A DNA stretch of 64,000 nucleotides from Staphylococcus phage vB_SsapH-Golestan-100: sequence record LC647030.1; one strand, written 5' to 3'. The translations under genes and the position numbers were made by a program. The notes beneath the pieces were generated by a model that was given only the letters and a program-made list of their open reading frames with translations, was not told the DNA's origin and made no database searches. Below, piece by piece: positions 9,925 to 19,650 of this stretch (positions are counted from its first letter, which is position 1; each line of letters begins with the position of its first letter).

Positions 9925-10419
9925 GTGAACAATCTGTTAGAGATTAGAGTAGACGCAATAAACCATGATGTTATTAGGGTAGTAGATAATCAAGGACAGT
10001 ACATAGATTACGATGTCTTACAAGACTTGTCCGTAAATGATTATAATGCTAACTCAGAGTTAAAGGAACAGCACGTAAAGTATAGACGCTATGCAGATGT
10101 TTTTAACCGTATTAGCTTTTACTTAGAGGAAGCTGAAACAAAGCTTTCTATGATAGGAAGTGAGCTTAACTTAGCTATTAGACAGGAGTATAAAGCTAGA
10201 GGAGATAAGCCACCTACTAAAGACGTTATTGAGGCAGAGATTATGACTAGACAAAAGTATACTGACCAACAACGTAATGTTAATACATTAACTTATCAAA
10301 AAGAGCAACTTAAGACAATTCTTAAAGCGTTTGAGCAACGTAAAGACATGTTAGTTCAATACACAGCTCATTTACGTAAAGACATTGAGCACGGAACAAG
10401 AGATTGGAAAATAAATTAA
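9925..10419 (+). CDS. hypothetical protein (164 aa)
   Basis: GTG start 7 nt after AAAGGAG. No recognisable domain. Confidence 0.5.
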   Translation: MNNLLEIRVDAINHDVIRVVDNQGQYIDYDVLQDLSVNDYNANSELKEQHVKYRRYADVFNRISFYLEEAETKLSMIGSELNLAIRQEYKARGDKPPTKDVIEAEIMTRQKYTDQQRNVNTLTYQKEQLKTILKAFEQRKDMLVQYTAHLRKDIEHGTRDWKIN

Positions 10420-10427
10420 AATAAGGG

Positions 10428-10456
10428 TTGACATGCTTAAACAGCTATGTTATACT
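10428..10456 (+). promoter_or_regulatory. sigma-A type promoter (TTGACA-N17-TATACT)
   Basis: TTGACA at 10428-10433 and TATACT at 10451-10456. Confidence 0.55.
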
Positions 10457-10501
10457 AAATAAGTAATAAATAATAAAACAAATTAGAGGAGGACATTTAA
10501 T

Positions 10502-11680
10502 ATGTCATTTGCAGACTTAGTACAATCAGAAATCAATAAATTCGATAACAACGGTGGTAACAACGGAGAAGGTAATCAGGATAGATACAAACAACCTCAT
10601 CCACACATTCAAATGGGTAAAGGAAAAGCTGACGGGTATGAAATTTATGTACGTGTTGTACCTGTTGTACAACCTGACGGTCATTTTGGAGTTATGACTC
10701 GTAAAGCGTTAGTATCTTTCCCTAAAGAAGGTCAAACAAAGTATCAATCAATTCAAGTACCTCTTGATGACAACTCAACTTATGCAGAAGCTAAATTAAA
10801 TGAATGGTTACAAAAAGGATACCCATTAGGTAGATTCACACCTTCATTAAAACCTACATTTATGTTTAACATAATTAAAGTGTTTGAAACAAACCAAGGA
10901 TTCCAATACAATGTAGATGCACAAGGAAATCCAATTGTTCAACCTATGGAGATTCCAAATGGGGCTTATGTTGATTTGATGAAATTAATTGGTGATGCTA
11001 AACTACGTCCAGCAGGTTGTACATCAGACTACAGCTTTGTATCAGAAGACTTTGGTACATTAGTTAAGTTTGAGAAACCAAAACAGTCAGACCAAGTTAA
11101 GAAATGGACAATTCAACCATACACTAACGTTGTGTTACCTCCATTACCTCAAGGATGGAAAGAGAACTCAGCAGACTTACAAGAGTTATCTAAAACAACA
11201 TCAGATACAGTAATTGATAAGTTTGTAGCACCTTTTGTAGAAGCACAACAACCAATGATGGGTGAAGATAGTGGTCAAGGAGCTACTCCTGATTATAACT
11301 CACCATTTAAATCACAAGCTACACCACAACAATCTAATCAACAAGCACAGGCTAATGTACCACCTCAACAACCAGTACAACAGCCAGTACAGCAACAACC
11401 ACAACAGTCTTACAACCAACAACAGCAAGGTCAGGCTGGACAATATAACCAACCAGGAGTAAATCAATACCAAAGTACTCCAGTAAGTCAACAACCTAGT
11501 AACACAGGAGGAGTTAACTGGGACTCATTAGCACAACAACAAGCGCAACCTGAAGTGGCTCAACCTCAACAGACTCAGCCACAACAACCTAATACAAATG
11601 TAGAACCTCCACAACAACCAACTCAGGATAACATGCCTGATGATGTACAATCACTATTAGATGATGTATTAAAAGGTTAA
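10502..11680 (+). CDS. hypothetical replication-module protein; possible ssDNA-binding protein (globular N-domain + Gln/Pro-rich linker + acidic C-terminal tip)
   Basis: 392 aa with the RBS AGAGGAGG. Residues from about 250 to 380 are low-complexity Q/P/N-rich. The protein ends in the acidic tip DDVQSLLDDVLKG. This architecture is reminiscent of an SSB. Confidence 0.55.
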   Translation: MSFADLVQSEINKFDNNGGNNGEGNQDRYKQPHPHIQMGKGKADGYEIYVRVVPVVQPDGHFGVMTRKALVSFPKEGQTKYQSIQVPLDDNSTYAEAKLNEWLQKGYPLGRFTPSLKPTFMFNIIKVFETNQGFQYNVDAQGNPIVQPMEIPNGAYVDLMKLIGDAKLRPAGCTSDYSFVSEDFGTLVKFEKPKQSDQVKKWTIQPYTNVVLPPLPQGWKENSADLQELSKTTSDTVIDKFVAPFVEAQQPMMGEDSGQGATPDYNSPFKSQATPQQSNQQAQANVPPQQPVQQPVQQQPQQSYNQQQQGQAGQYNQPGVNQYQSTPVSQQPSNTGGVNWDSLAQQQAQPEVAQPQQTQPQQPNTNVEPPQQPTQDNMPDDVQSLLDDVLKG

Positions 11681-11755
11681 TAGTAACTTTATAAGCTAGG
11701 TTATCACCTAGCTTTCATTTTGAATAAATTATATAAAAAAAGGAGTTTTATATAC

Positions 11756-13048
11756 ATGTCACGTAAAAAACAAAGTGAAAACACGAACACAACACAGGTG
11801 GCAGGAGAACCACTAGATGCCTTATCAGTATTGAAACTAGGTAAAGATGTAGGTTTGACACTAATGAGAGATAATACTTACGCTAATGTATCTAATTGGC
11901 TACCTACAGGTATCCCTCAATATGATAGGATTTTAGGAGGCGGTATTCCTTTTGGTCGTGTAACTGAGATTTTTGGTAAGAAGGCATCAGGTAAGAGTAC
12001 ATTTGCTTTAGCCTTATCAAAACAAGCTAGTGACCTTGATGTAGTAACTGTATGGATTGACGTAGAAGGAACTAGTGACATAAACCGTTTAACTCAGTTA
12101 GGGATTGACACTGAAAAGGTTTTTGCTATTCAGCCTGAATTTAACCCTAAAACTAACATGGTAGACCCACTTACAGTAGAGATTATTGGTGAGAAGATTG
12201 AGAACCTATTAAAGGTATTTAGAGATAACAGTCCCAATACACCTCTCTTAATCATATGGGACTCAATCGCAGCCACTTCATCTAAGGTAGAGATGGAAAG
12301 TGACTATGACTCAGAAAGACCTGGTTTAAAAGCTAAATCTCTAGCTAAGTTCTTTAACAAAGTAACACCATTAGTAAATGGTTATAACGTAGCTTTAGTT
12401 TGTATTAACCAAGCTCGTGATGTCATGGGTGGTAGCTTTGGTCATGGAGACAACATTGATTCTCCAGGAGGTAAAGCTCTTGAACACGTTGTATCACTTC
12501 AATTACTAGTTAACCAAGTAGATGCTAGTAAGTTTAATCAGAAAAAACCGACTTCTGCTAGTCAATATGGTGACTATGTAGGACATAACATGCAAGTAAC
12601 GACTAAAAAATCTAAAGTATCTAGACCTAACCAAAAAGCTAAAGCTTTCATTGCTAGTGAATATGAGTTAGATGATGGTACAGAGATTAATGGTTTTGAC
12701 CCTATGGTTAACTTTGCTATGTCAGCAGACAACAATAAGATTTTAGATTCTAGAGGTTCTTGGAAAGTGTTTGTAGATAAGCATGGTCAAGAACATAAGA
12801 AATACATGAAAGACTGGACAATGTTCTTTTACTATAATGAAGACCCTGAACTAATTGAAGAGATTGTAGGTAGAACTTACTTCAAGATGTTCCAAAAAGG
12901 ATACCCTGCATTTAATAATCAGATAATTGATGTTTCTAATAAGCTAGGTATGAAAGAACTAAAACGTTTGTTTGAAGAGAAAGAAGCTACAGAGAACTCA
13001 CAAGCAGAAGAAAGTGAGGTAAGTACAGATGGAAGCACAGAAGACTAA
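11756..13048 (+). CDS. RecA/UvsX-like recombinase
   Basis: Walker A GKKASGKST and a RecA-like core. The start was moved to the ATG at 11756 (MSRKKQ…), which follows AAAAGGAG. Confidence 0.8.
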   Translation: MSRKKQSENTNTTQVAGEPLDALSVLKLGKDVGLTLMRDNTYANVSNWLPTGIPQYDRILGGGIPFGRVTEIFGKKASGKSTFALALSKQASDLDVVTVWIDVEGTSDINRLTQLGIDTEKVFAIQPEFNPKTNMVDPLTVEIIGEKIENLLKVFRDNSPNTPLLIIWDSIAATSSKVEMESDYDSERPGLKAKSLAKFFNKVTPLVNGYNVALVCINQARDVMGGSFGHGDNIDSPGGKALEHVVSLQLLVNQVDASKFNQKKPTSASQYGDYVGHNMQVTTKKSKVSRPNQKAKAFIASEYELDDGTEINGFDPMVNFAMSADNNKILDSRGSWKVFVDKHGQEHKKYMKDWTMFFYYNEDPELIEEIVGRTYFKMFQKGYPAFNNQIIDVSNKLGMKELKRLFEEKEATENSQAEESEVSTDGSTED

Positions 13049-13376
13049 GTTTGAGCAAGCTGTAGAAGAGTACTTAAAGCAAGAAGGGGTCAACAAGACC
13101 CCTATTCCTTATATAGACATTAAACGTAGAATGCAAGAATGGTTTGAATCAGGAGAACCAATCTTAGTTGAAGATAGTAGTTTCCCTAGTTCTAGCTCCA
13201 CTAAGATTTATATTAATTATGTAGGAGATAGATGGGTTGGAGGATACTCTGAAGTATGGTATTTAGGTGAGGTAGTTAAAGTACCTGAAACTATTCATTA
13301 CTCAGACCTATATATCACGAACCCTACAATTAAAAAACGTATCGTACCTGTAAAGGAAAACCCATATGAAGTCTAA
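13029..13376 (+). CDS. hypothetical protein (115 aa)
   Basis: ORF overlapping the end of the recombinase gene and coupled to the next gene by an ATGA overlap. Confidence 0.4.
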   Translation: MEAQKTKFEQAVEEYLKQEGVNKTPIPYIDIKRRMQEWFESGEPILVEDSSFPSSSSTKIYINYVGDRWVGGYSEVWYLGEVVKVPETIHYSDLYITNPTIKKRIVPVKENPYEV

Positions 13377-14019
13377 TGGTAATAGATACATTACTGATAC
13401 AGATGGACTTAATGTTACATTCCAAAGAGACTTAGATAAACTATATCTTCAGTATGCTAACCTAAGACACGCTATCTATCAACAACACGCTTGGAGATTT
13501 GATAACCATGTCAAGAAAGAAGAACTGAGAGAGTATATAGATGAGCAGTTTATCTTGTTGACTAAGGAATACAATGTTGGTTCTTCTGTAGATTTTCCTG
13601 GTTATATAAAAACCAAACTAAGTCTACGTGTAAAAGAAAGCTATGTAAAGAATAGAGTTAAAAAAGAGCACAATGAATTCTTAGGTAGTAATGATGATTC
13701 TATTGAGATGCTAGCAGAAGCTACAGATGACTCATTAGAAGATGCAGAGCTCTTTAGTTATGTTATTGAAGAAGGAGAGTTTACTGACCTTCAAAAGTTA
13801 CTGCTCTCTTATTTAGTTAGTAACAAATACAAATTAGAACACCCTAGAATCATATCTATAATTTCTAAGTCAGAAAACATAAATCGTAAAGAAGTTGTAG
13901 AGGCTTATAATAGTCTTTATACTTACATTAAAGACCGTTGTAAAGAGTTTGAAGCTTTATCTCCAAACCTAGGGATAAATGAAAAGGGTCACGTTAATAC
14001 TAAGGTAGATAACTTGTAA
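13366..14019 (+). CDS. putative phage sigma factor (sigma-70 region 2/4-like)
   Basis: 217 aa. A sigma factor at this position fits Twort-like genomes. The C-terminal region looks HTH-like. The call rests mainly on synteny. Confidence 0.4.
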   Translation: MKSNGNRYITDTDGLNVTFQRDLDKLYLQYANLRHAIYQQHAWRFDNHVKKEELREYIDEQFILLTKEYNVGSSVDFPGYIKTKLSLRVKESYVKNRVKKEHNEFLGSNDDSIEMLAEATDDSLEDAELFSYVIEEGEFTDLQKLLLSYLVSNKYKLEHPRIISIISKSENINRKEVVEAYNSLYTYIKDRCKEFEALSPNLGINEKGHVNTKVDNL

Positions 14020-14110
14020 CTACCTTACCCTTTCTGCTATATTGTCTATAAGCCTTACTACAGTAGTGCTATATTAATTTTGAAAACAAATACAGAAAGG
14101 GGAATTTTTC

Positions 14111-14455
14111 GTGGGAACTCCTATTGATAAAGACCAAGCAACAGCAAAATTAGATACAGTTGAGGTTTATGTACCAGGCGCTAAAGAGACTAGAATTAAC
14201 TTTCTACAATTTACACCATTAGTAGTAGCTATTATTACATTACTAAACATGGTTTATACATCTATTACTGGTAATTCACTATTAGGTATTTCAGATGATG
14301 AATTAGCTTCATATGTAAACTTAATTATCTCAACTATTGCAATTGCTGTTACAGCATATAAAAACCTTAACATCACTAAAGGCGGACGTGCTAGAGCAGA
14401 AGTTGCTAAGCAGGCTATACCCGATAAAAAAAAGTACAAACAGCAAAATAAATAA
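14111..14455 (+). CDS. membrane protein (2 TM)
   Basis: GTG start after AAAGGGGA. Two hydrophobic helices and a basic C-terminus. Confidence 0.5.
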   Translation: MGTPIDKDQATAKLDTVEVYVPGAKETRINFLQFTPLVVAIITLLNMVYTSITGNSLLGISDDELASYVNLIISTIAIAVTAYKNLNITKGGRARAEVAKQAIPDKKKYKQQNK

Positions 14456-14485
14456 AATATATACATAAGAGAGGATTGAAAGTCT

Positions 14486-15331
14486 ATGGCAGTTGAATCA
14501 AAAGACATTCTTGAAATCATCAAAGAGAAAGCCCCAGCTATTGATAACACATATTTACAAGTAAAGACAACACCTGATGGTTACACAGGAACTTATGAAG
14601 GGTTCTATTCTTACCTAGTTCAAAAAGATGGAGAAGAGTATGGTGTTTACCCTATTGAAACTACAGGAGCTAATGAGCTTAAAGTGTTTAAGAAATCTCC
14701 AATTATCATGACAGATGGAGAGGAAGTACACTTTGTAGTTAGTACTATGGATGACCCATTCCAACATCCTATCATTAAACAAGAGAGTGTTGGCAAGCAA
14801 ACAAAAGAACATGCTGTACTTCAAGCATTCTTAGCTTTTGCTAGCTCACGTTTCTCTATGACAGTTTACCACATTATGATTGCTGACGGTGAAGGTAGCT
14901 TCTCTTCAGTAGCTAATGCAGATGCTTTTGGTAACTTAGTAGAAACTAACGCTCAAGCTTCAGAAGAAATTGTTAAAGGTAAATTCGATAAGAACGCACA
15001 CGTGCAAGAAGTAGCATTTGATAAAGAGTCTGTTGAATTAAATATTGGTGAGACAGAACAAATCTTAACGCTTATTACACCTACTTATGCTTCTAATAAA
15101 GATGTTGTACTAACATCTTCTAGAGAGACAGTAGCTAAGATTAACAGTACAGGTCTTATTACAGCTGTAGCAGAAGGTGAAGCAACTATCACTGTTACAA
15201 CAGCTGATGGTAAATTACGTGCTAAAGCTACAGTAACAGTAAAGCCTAGCACAGGTAGTCAAGAGCCTGAAGCACCTACAAATGTGAAAGTAGACGCACA
15301 AGAAACAAGCGCTAACGTATCAGCAGAATAG
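14486..15331 (+). CDS. bacterial Ig-like (Big_2) domain protein
   Basis: The C-terminal half carries a Big_2-type repeat (…NSTGLITAVAEGEATITVTTADGKLRAKATVTV…). Confidence 0.6.
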   Translation: MAVESKDILEIIKEKAPAIDNTYLQVKTTPDGYTGTYEGFYSYLVQKDGEEYGVYPIETTGANELKVFKKSPIIMTDGEEVHFVVSTMDDPFQHPIIKQESVGKQTKEHAVLQAFLAFASSRFSMTVYHIMIADGEGSFSSVANADAFGNLVETNAQASEEIVKGKFDKNAHVQEVAFDKESVELNIGETEQILTLITPTYASNKDVVLTSSRETVAKINSTGLITAVAEGEATITVTTADGKLRAKATVTVKPSTGSQEPEAPTNVKVDAQETSANVSAE

Positions 15332-15399
15332 GTAGCATATAACAGCAGGGGCAACTCTGCTGATTATAAATATTTTAAAACAACTGGAGAGATGTACAA

Positions 15400-15921
15400 A
15401 TGGCAAACAAACTAAACTTGTATAAGGGAACCGAACTAGTAAAATCTGTAGATGCAAACCAAGAAGGTGCTACTGAAGTGCTTATCGAAGGGTTAAAGTC
15501 TAATACAAACTTTGCTAAAGGTGACTATAAGGTTTCTTTCAGCAATGATAGTGGTGAGTCTAATAAAGTAGATGTCCCAAGCTTCAAGACTTTAGCTATT
15601 TTAGTATCAGCTATTCAAGTAACTAATGCAACGGAAGCCTTAGAAGTCGGGGGCACAGCAACAATTAGTGCTTCAGTAACTCCTGAGAATGCTTCTGATA
15701 AGACTTTAGTATTTGTCTCAAACAATGAAGAGGTAGCAACAGTTGATGGCAGTGGTAAGATTACTGCTGTAGGTGAAGGTAGTACAAAAATTTCAGTAGC
15801 ATCTAATGATGGTAATGCTTCTTCAGAAGTAACAGTAAATGTAACTGTACCAGCACCATCAGAACCTGCTAATGTAACTGTAACACCAGCAGAAGAGTCA
15901 GCTACAATTTCAGTAGACTAA
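15400..15921 (+). CDS. Big_2 domain protein with an N-terminal domain shared by 15941..16165 and 23986..25671(-)
   Basis: Carries VATVDGSGKITAVGEGSTKISVASNDGNASSEVTVNV. The N-terminus KGDYKVSFSNDSGESNKVDVPSFKT is paralogous to the two genes named. Confidence 0.6.
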   Translation: MANKLNLYKGTELVKSVDANQEGATEVLIEGLKSNTNFAKGDYKVSFSNDSGESNKVDVPSFKTLAILVSAIQVTNATEALEVGGTATISASVTPENASDKTLVFVSNNEEVATVDGSGKITAVGEGSTKISVASNDGNASSEVTVNVTVPAPSEPANVTVTPAEESATISVD

Positions 15922-15940
15922 TAGGAAGGATGATTAACTA

Positions 15941-16165
15941 ATGGCTAAAACATTAAAAGTATACAAGAAATCAGGAGAGGAAGTTGCTCAACAAGAAGTT
16001 AGTGGCACAGGAGCTACCACAGTAGAGATTACTGGGCTTACAGCAGGCACTGACTATGCAGAAGGTGATTTCCAAGTATCCTTCACAGATGGTTCTAAGG
16101 AATCTAAAAAAGTAGATGTACCTGCATTTACAACAAATGCTTCAGAACCAACAGAAGGAGCTTAG
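15941..16165 (+). CDS. stand-alone copy of the N-terminal domain of the preceding gene (74 aa)
   Basis: …EGDFQVSFTDGSKESKKVDVPAFTT matches the N-terminus of 15400..15921. Confidence 0.5.
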   Translation: MAKTLKVYKKSGEEVAQQEVSGTGATTVEITGLTAGTDYAEGDFQVSFTDGSKESKKVDVPAFTTNASEPTEGA

Positions 16166-16171
16166 TAGATA

Positions 16172-16204
16172 GACTAGGATTAATTTCCTAGTCTTTTTTT
16201 TTTT
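16172..16204 (+). terminator. rho-independent terminator
   Basis: Hairpin ACTAGGA-N6-TCCTAGT followed by a T-run of 11 or more. Confidence 0.7.
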
Positions 16205-16216
16205 AAAAAAAATATC

Positions 16217-16257
16217 CGCTTCTATGCTTGACAGCTATGAAGCGGTTATGATATACT
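16217..16257 (+). promoter_or_regulatory. promoter with TTGACA embedded in a palindrome (CCGCTTC…TTGACA…GAAGCGG) and TATACT
   Basis: TTGACA at 16228-16233. A 7-bp inverted repeat flanks the -35 hexamer. The -10 box is about 17-18 nt downstream. Confidence 0.45.
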
Positions 16258-16285
16258 AAGTATATACCAATTAGGAGGAGATATT

Positions 16286-16531
16286 ATGAGTAACGTATTT
16301 GCACAAGAACAATTTATTGACCGTTTAGAACAAGAAGGATTAGAAGTAGTAGAAGAGGATAGCTATTACACAGTAGAAGATGTAGAAGGTCATATTGCTA
16401 TTGTAGACTTTGTAGGTGACATAGTAAACGTTTCTGATAATGAAGGGGTTAGAGTATCACATAACGTTGACCAAATCTACTTAGCGTTCTATGCAGTGAT
16501 GGACGCACTGGATTATGAATTTGATGAATAA
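16286..16531 (+). CDS. hypothetical acidic protein (81 aa)
   Basis: RBS TTAGGAGGAG. Confidence 0.5.
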   Translation: MSNVFAQEQFIDRLEQEGLEVVEEDSYYTVEDVEGHIAIVDFVGDIVNVSDNEGVRVSHNVDQIYLAFYAVMDALDYEFDE

Positions 16532-16536
16532 AGTTC

Positions 16537-16565
16537 TTGACACCACTCAAGGACTTTAGTATAAT
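16537..16565 (+). promoter_or_regulatory. sigma-A promoter (TTGACA-N17-TATAAT, consensus)
   Basis: TTGACA at 16537-16542 and TATAAT at 16560-16565. Confidence 0.6.
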
Positions 16566-16595
16566 AGTATTATAATCAATTAGGAGGAATTAGTT

Positions 16596-17018
16596 ATGAA
16601 ATTACTAAAACAGATTATTAAGGTATTAGATGAGAGAGGTATTCAAGTAAATAACTTAAACATAGACGATGTGGTTAATGGAGAGTACGGAATTGAAATC
16701 AACAAAGAAATCACTATTGTCCATAGAGAAGGTTTGTATTATGCACTATATACGGAAGATGCTAGCTTAGAGGAGACATATTACAGTTCTCTAACAGAAG
16801 CATTAGAAAAGGTAGCTGACTATTTAAGTAGAGTAAAGGAAGGCTCTATCGTAAAATCTTTTCTTGGTGTATTCACATATAAAGTTATCAAACACAACAG
16901 TAAAGATTTGTATAACTTACTAAATGTAGATGACAACACCCTATTATATACAGAGTGTGAAAGTATGGACTCTATTCAAGACAAGATTAACAGAGGTCAG
17001 TTTTATGCAGAACAATAA
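16596..17018 (+). CDS. hypothetical protein (140 aa)
   Basis: RBS TTAGGAGGAAT. Confidence 0.5.
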   Translation: MKLLKQIIKVLDERGIQVNNLNIDDVVNGEYGIEINKEITIVHREGLYYALYTEDASLEETYYSSLTEALEKVADYLSRVKEGSIVKSFLGVFTYKVIKHNSKDLYNLLNVDDNTLLYTECESMDSIQDKINRGQFYAEQ

Positions 17019-17337
17019 ATGGTACGCACTATGTGAATATAAAGGTAAAGGGAAGAATAAAAAGCCTTATCAAGTCCAAGCCTCTACAAGTAAAGAAAAG
17101 CTTTTAGATAGAAAGGATAGTTTAGAGTTAGAGTATCCTGATAGAGAATATGCAATAAAGTTAACAACAACCTTTGACAAAGAAAGAAAGTGGAGCGGGC
17201 TTAATCCGCTTCTCTTACTTAGAGTATATAAGCAATTGTATATTGTAAGTAGGAGTGATGACCCTACTAGATTAAATGTTGCATATAGCCTTCTGTTCAC
17301 ACAGAGGGTTTTTTATTTAAATGTTGACAGGATTTAA
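17005..17337 (+). CDS. hypothetical basic protein (110 aa)
   Basis: The ORF track starts at 16930. The internal ATG at 17005 (MQNNKWY…) overlaps the upstream stop by 14 nt, a typical coupled start. Confidence 0.4.
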   Translation: MQNNKWYALCEYKGKGKNKKPYQVQASTSKEKLLDRKDSLELEYPDREYAIKLTTTFDKERKWSGLNPLLLLRVYKQLYIVSRSDDPTRLNVAYSLLFTQRVFYLNVDRI

Positions 17338-17352
17338 GTAGTGTGATATAGT
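17324..17352 (+). promoter_or_regulatory. sigma-A promoter (TTGACA-N17-TATAGT)
   Basis: TTGACA at 17324-17329 and TATAGT at 17347-17352. Confidence 0.5.
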
Positions 17353-17382
17353 TAGTATATAAATTAATTAGGAGGAAAAGTA

Positions 17383-17568
17383 ATGGAGAATAGAGACATT
17401 ATCAGTAACATATTAACAGAGTTAGAGTACATTGATACTAGTGAACTAAACCATAAACAACAAATGATGGTAGCTAGAGTAGAATCATTGTTAGATGACT
17501 TAGCATGGGAATTACAAGAAGAGGAAGCGGTTGAGTTTATGAAACAAATCAATGAGGAGGAAAAGTAA
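17383..17568 (+). CDS. hypothetical acidic protein (61 aa)
   Basis: RBS TTAGGAGGAAAAG. Confidence 0.5.
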   Translation: MENRDIISNILTELEYIDTSELNHKQQMMVARVESLLDDLAWELQEEEAVEFMKQINEEEK

Positions 17569-18971
17569 TGAAACTATATTTAAACAGTAATATCGCAGAA
17601 GGAACACCTGAAGAGTTAGTAACTTATAAAGAACTATTAAAGGAGAGAGGCCTAGACTCTGAGAAGTCATTGTTCCACTTTGGACATATGCATCAACCAA
17701 CTGAAGAGGAAGCGGATGAACAAGAAGTAGATAATTCTGTATATGATAAAGGAGCTTTCTATACAGTAACTGAGGAGGCTGAGGACTCACCATTACCTGT
17801 AGGGGCTATTCTCCAACATCTACACGGTAGAATATTCAGTGACTCTAAAGGACAACAATGTATCATCTCTAGACCATCTTTTGTAGATAGAGGTAATACA
17901 CATTGGTTTGATGATAGTATTAACCAAGACCGTTTTGAACTAGCTAAACAATTAGGTATCCAACTAACGGACACTACAGACCTAGCACAAGCAACTGAAG
18001 GTAAGTACTTCAAAGTAACAGAAGAGCACTCAGACTTAAGTGTAGGAGACCTTGTTACGATTGCTGAGGATGATAGAGATAACCTACCTCAGTGTAAGGA
18101 TAAGCATGGTAACTTCTATTATGTATACCTAGGTGACCTAGAGCTAGTAGAAGATAACTCAGAATCAACTCTAAGCTCTACAGATGAAGCGGAAACCCCT
18201 TCTACAGAACTTAAAGTAGGAGATAGAGTAAAAGTATTAAAGAGTGAAGGAGGAGCTGTAGGAGAGGCTACTGTAACTGCTGTACTAGAAGATGGTGATG
18301 TAAGATTAGAAGGCAAGAGTGATAGTGGTGTGTACTCATATAGATGGAGTAACAATATTTCAAACTTAGAGAAGGTTAAAGAAAAACCTGCATCCTTTGG
18401 GGCAATACAAGCTAAAGCCTACTTAGAGGATAAGTCAATAGACCAAGTAATTGAAGAAGTACAAAGCAAACACAAGCAAGAGTCTGATAATGCAAGAGTA
18501 GAGGAAGAAATCTATGCCTATTATGAAGTTGTAGACCCTGATGTATTTGCTAGTAGTGTAGAGAAAGGGACTGTATTCAAGGTGATAGGAAATACTTATA
18601 CTCTACTAAACCAAGAAGGTAAGGACAGAGAATATATTAACGTAGTTACTTCTACAGGATTGACTCAAACAAGCCCTCTGAGAGATAGTGTGATTAAACC
18701 TATCATTAATGATTCATTCATTGCAGAACGCTTCAAGTTTGCTAAAGAAGTAGGCATTGTGCTTGCAGTAGATACAGACTTTGAGGAAGAGTGTAAAGAC
18801 CACCACTTTAAGGTTACAGAGGAGGAACCACTCTCTAACTTTACCCCTACAGACATTCTAACTGTCCGTAGAGACGATAACACTAATGCTATTGCTTTCC
18901 AAGACCGTAATGGCAAGACACAGTATACACTACTGGTAGATGTAAGAGAGATTGCTAGACCAAGTAAATAA
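17568..18971 (+). CDS. hypothetical protein (467 aa) with internal sequence repeats
   Basis: RBS GAGGAGG and an ATGA overlap with the upstream gene. Repeated unit F-x-AK-x-GI-x-L…TD…(Y/H)FKVTEE occurs at about aa 125-150 and 385-410. Confidence 0.55.
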   Translation: MKLYLNSNIAEGTPEELVTYKELLKERGLDSEKSLFHFGHMHQPTEEEADEQEVDNSVYDKGAFYTVTEEAEDSPLPVGAILQHLHGRIFSDSKGQQCIISRPSFVDRGNTHWFDDSINQDRFELAKQLGIQLTDTTDLAQATEGKYFKVTEEHSDLSVGDLVTIAEDDRDNLPQCKDKHGNFYYVYLGDLELVEDNSESTLSSTDEAETPSTELKVGDRVKVLKSEGGAVGEATVTAVLEDGDVRLEGKSDSGVYSYRWSNNISNLEKVKEKPASFGAIQAKAYLEDKSIDQVIEEVQSKHKQESDNARVEEEIYAYYEVVDPDVFASSVEKGTVFKVIGNTYTLLNQEGKDREYINVVTSTGLTQTSPLRDSVIKPIINDSFIAERFKFAKEVGIVLAVDTDFEEECKDHHFKVTEEEPLSNFTPTDILTVRRDDNTNAIAFQDRNGKTQYTLLVDVREIARPSK

Positions 18972-18981
18972 ATAACCATCG

Positions 18982-19017
18982 ACCGCTTCTAGATAGATAA
19001 AGAAGCGGTTCTTTTAT
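18982..19017 (+). terminator. rho-independent terminator
   Basis: Hairpin CCGCTTCT-loop-AGAAGCGG followed by TTCTTTT. Confidence 0.6.
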
Positions 19018-19126
19018 GTTTGAGTAACATAATTTAAGATGCTGTCATACCAAGGTTTAAGTAAGGTTATTACAAGGCTTAAGTAAGAAAAAATAGAGTA
19101 AATCCTATATTTGAGTAACAAAGTGT

Positions 19127-19155
19127 TTGACAGCCCCTCTATTATATGTTATCAT
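19127..19155 (+). promoter_or_regulatory. sigma-A promoter (TTGACA-N17-TATCAT)
   Basis: TTGACA at 19127-19132 and TATCAT at 19150-19155. Confidence 0.45.
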
Positions 19156-19185
19156 TAGGTATAGTCAATTAGAGGAGGAATTAAT

Positions 19186-19524
19186 ATGAGAATGGTTAGT
19201 ATATATGAGTATTTCAAAGACAAGGAAGGACAACGGTTGAGTGTAGGAGATAATAAAGAGGTACTGTTCAACTCAGTACGTTACCACGGTTCTGAAGAGG
19301 AGTTGGCTTTATACTTTAAGTATAAGGAGTACCCAATAGCAATAAGAGTAGATAAACCTCAAGCAGATTTAAGATTACGATTAAACAAGAAGATAACAGG
19401 GCTACAAAAGGATACCTTTACCCCTGTAGAGAACCTAGACTCAACCTTATTAACCTATCTAGGTAAGTTTGCAGAAGAGATGGAAGAAAAAGTAGAGTAT
19501 AAACTATTTGATTGGAGGAATTAA
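19186..19524 (+). CDS. hypothetical protein (112 aa)
   Basis: RBS AGAGGAGGAAT. Confidence 0.5.
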   Translation: MRMVSIYEYFKDKEGQRLSVGDNKEVLFNSVRYHGSEEELALYFKYKEYPIAIRVDKPQADLRLRLNKKITGLQKDTFTPVENLDSTLLTYLGKFAEEMEEKVEYKLFDWRN

Positions 19525-19525
19525 T

Positions 19526-19627
19526 ATGGTTACAGTAGGAGCGTTATTTACAGGATTCTTTGTAGTCCTTGTAATAGGTATAATGATAGCAGGACTCGTT
19601 ACACTAGTAATAGATAACAAGAAGTAA
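19526..19627 (+). CDS. small hydrophobic peptide (33 aa, single TM)
   Basis: RBS TGGAGGAAT lies 6 nt upstream. Sequence MVTVGALFTGFFVVLVIGIMIAGLVTLVIDNKK. Confidence 0.35.
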   Translation: MVTVGALFTGFFVVLVIGIMIAGLVTLVIDNKK

Positions 19628-19650
19628 ATAAGAGAAGCGGAGGAGATATA

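Noticed and set aside
11262-11494. Two ORFs (+ and -) within the Gln/Pro-rich part of 10502..11680
   Set aside because: They are alternative-frame readings of a CAA/CAG/CCA low-complexity repeat with no translation signals.
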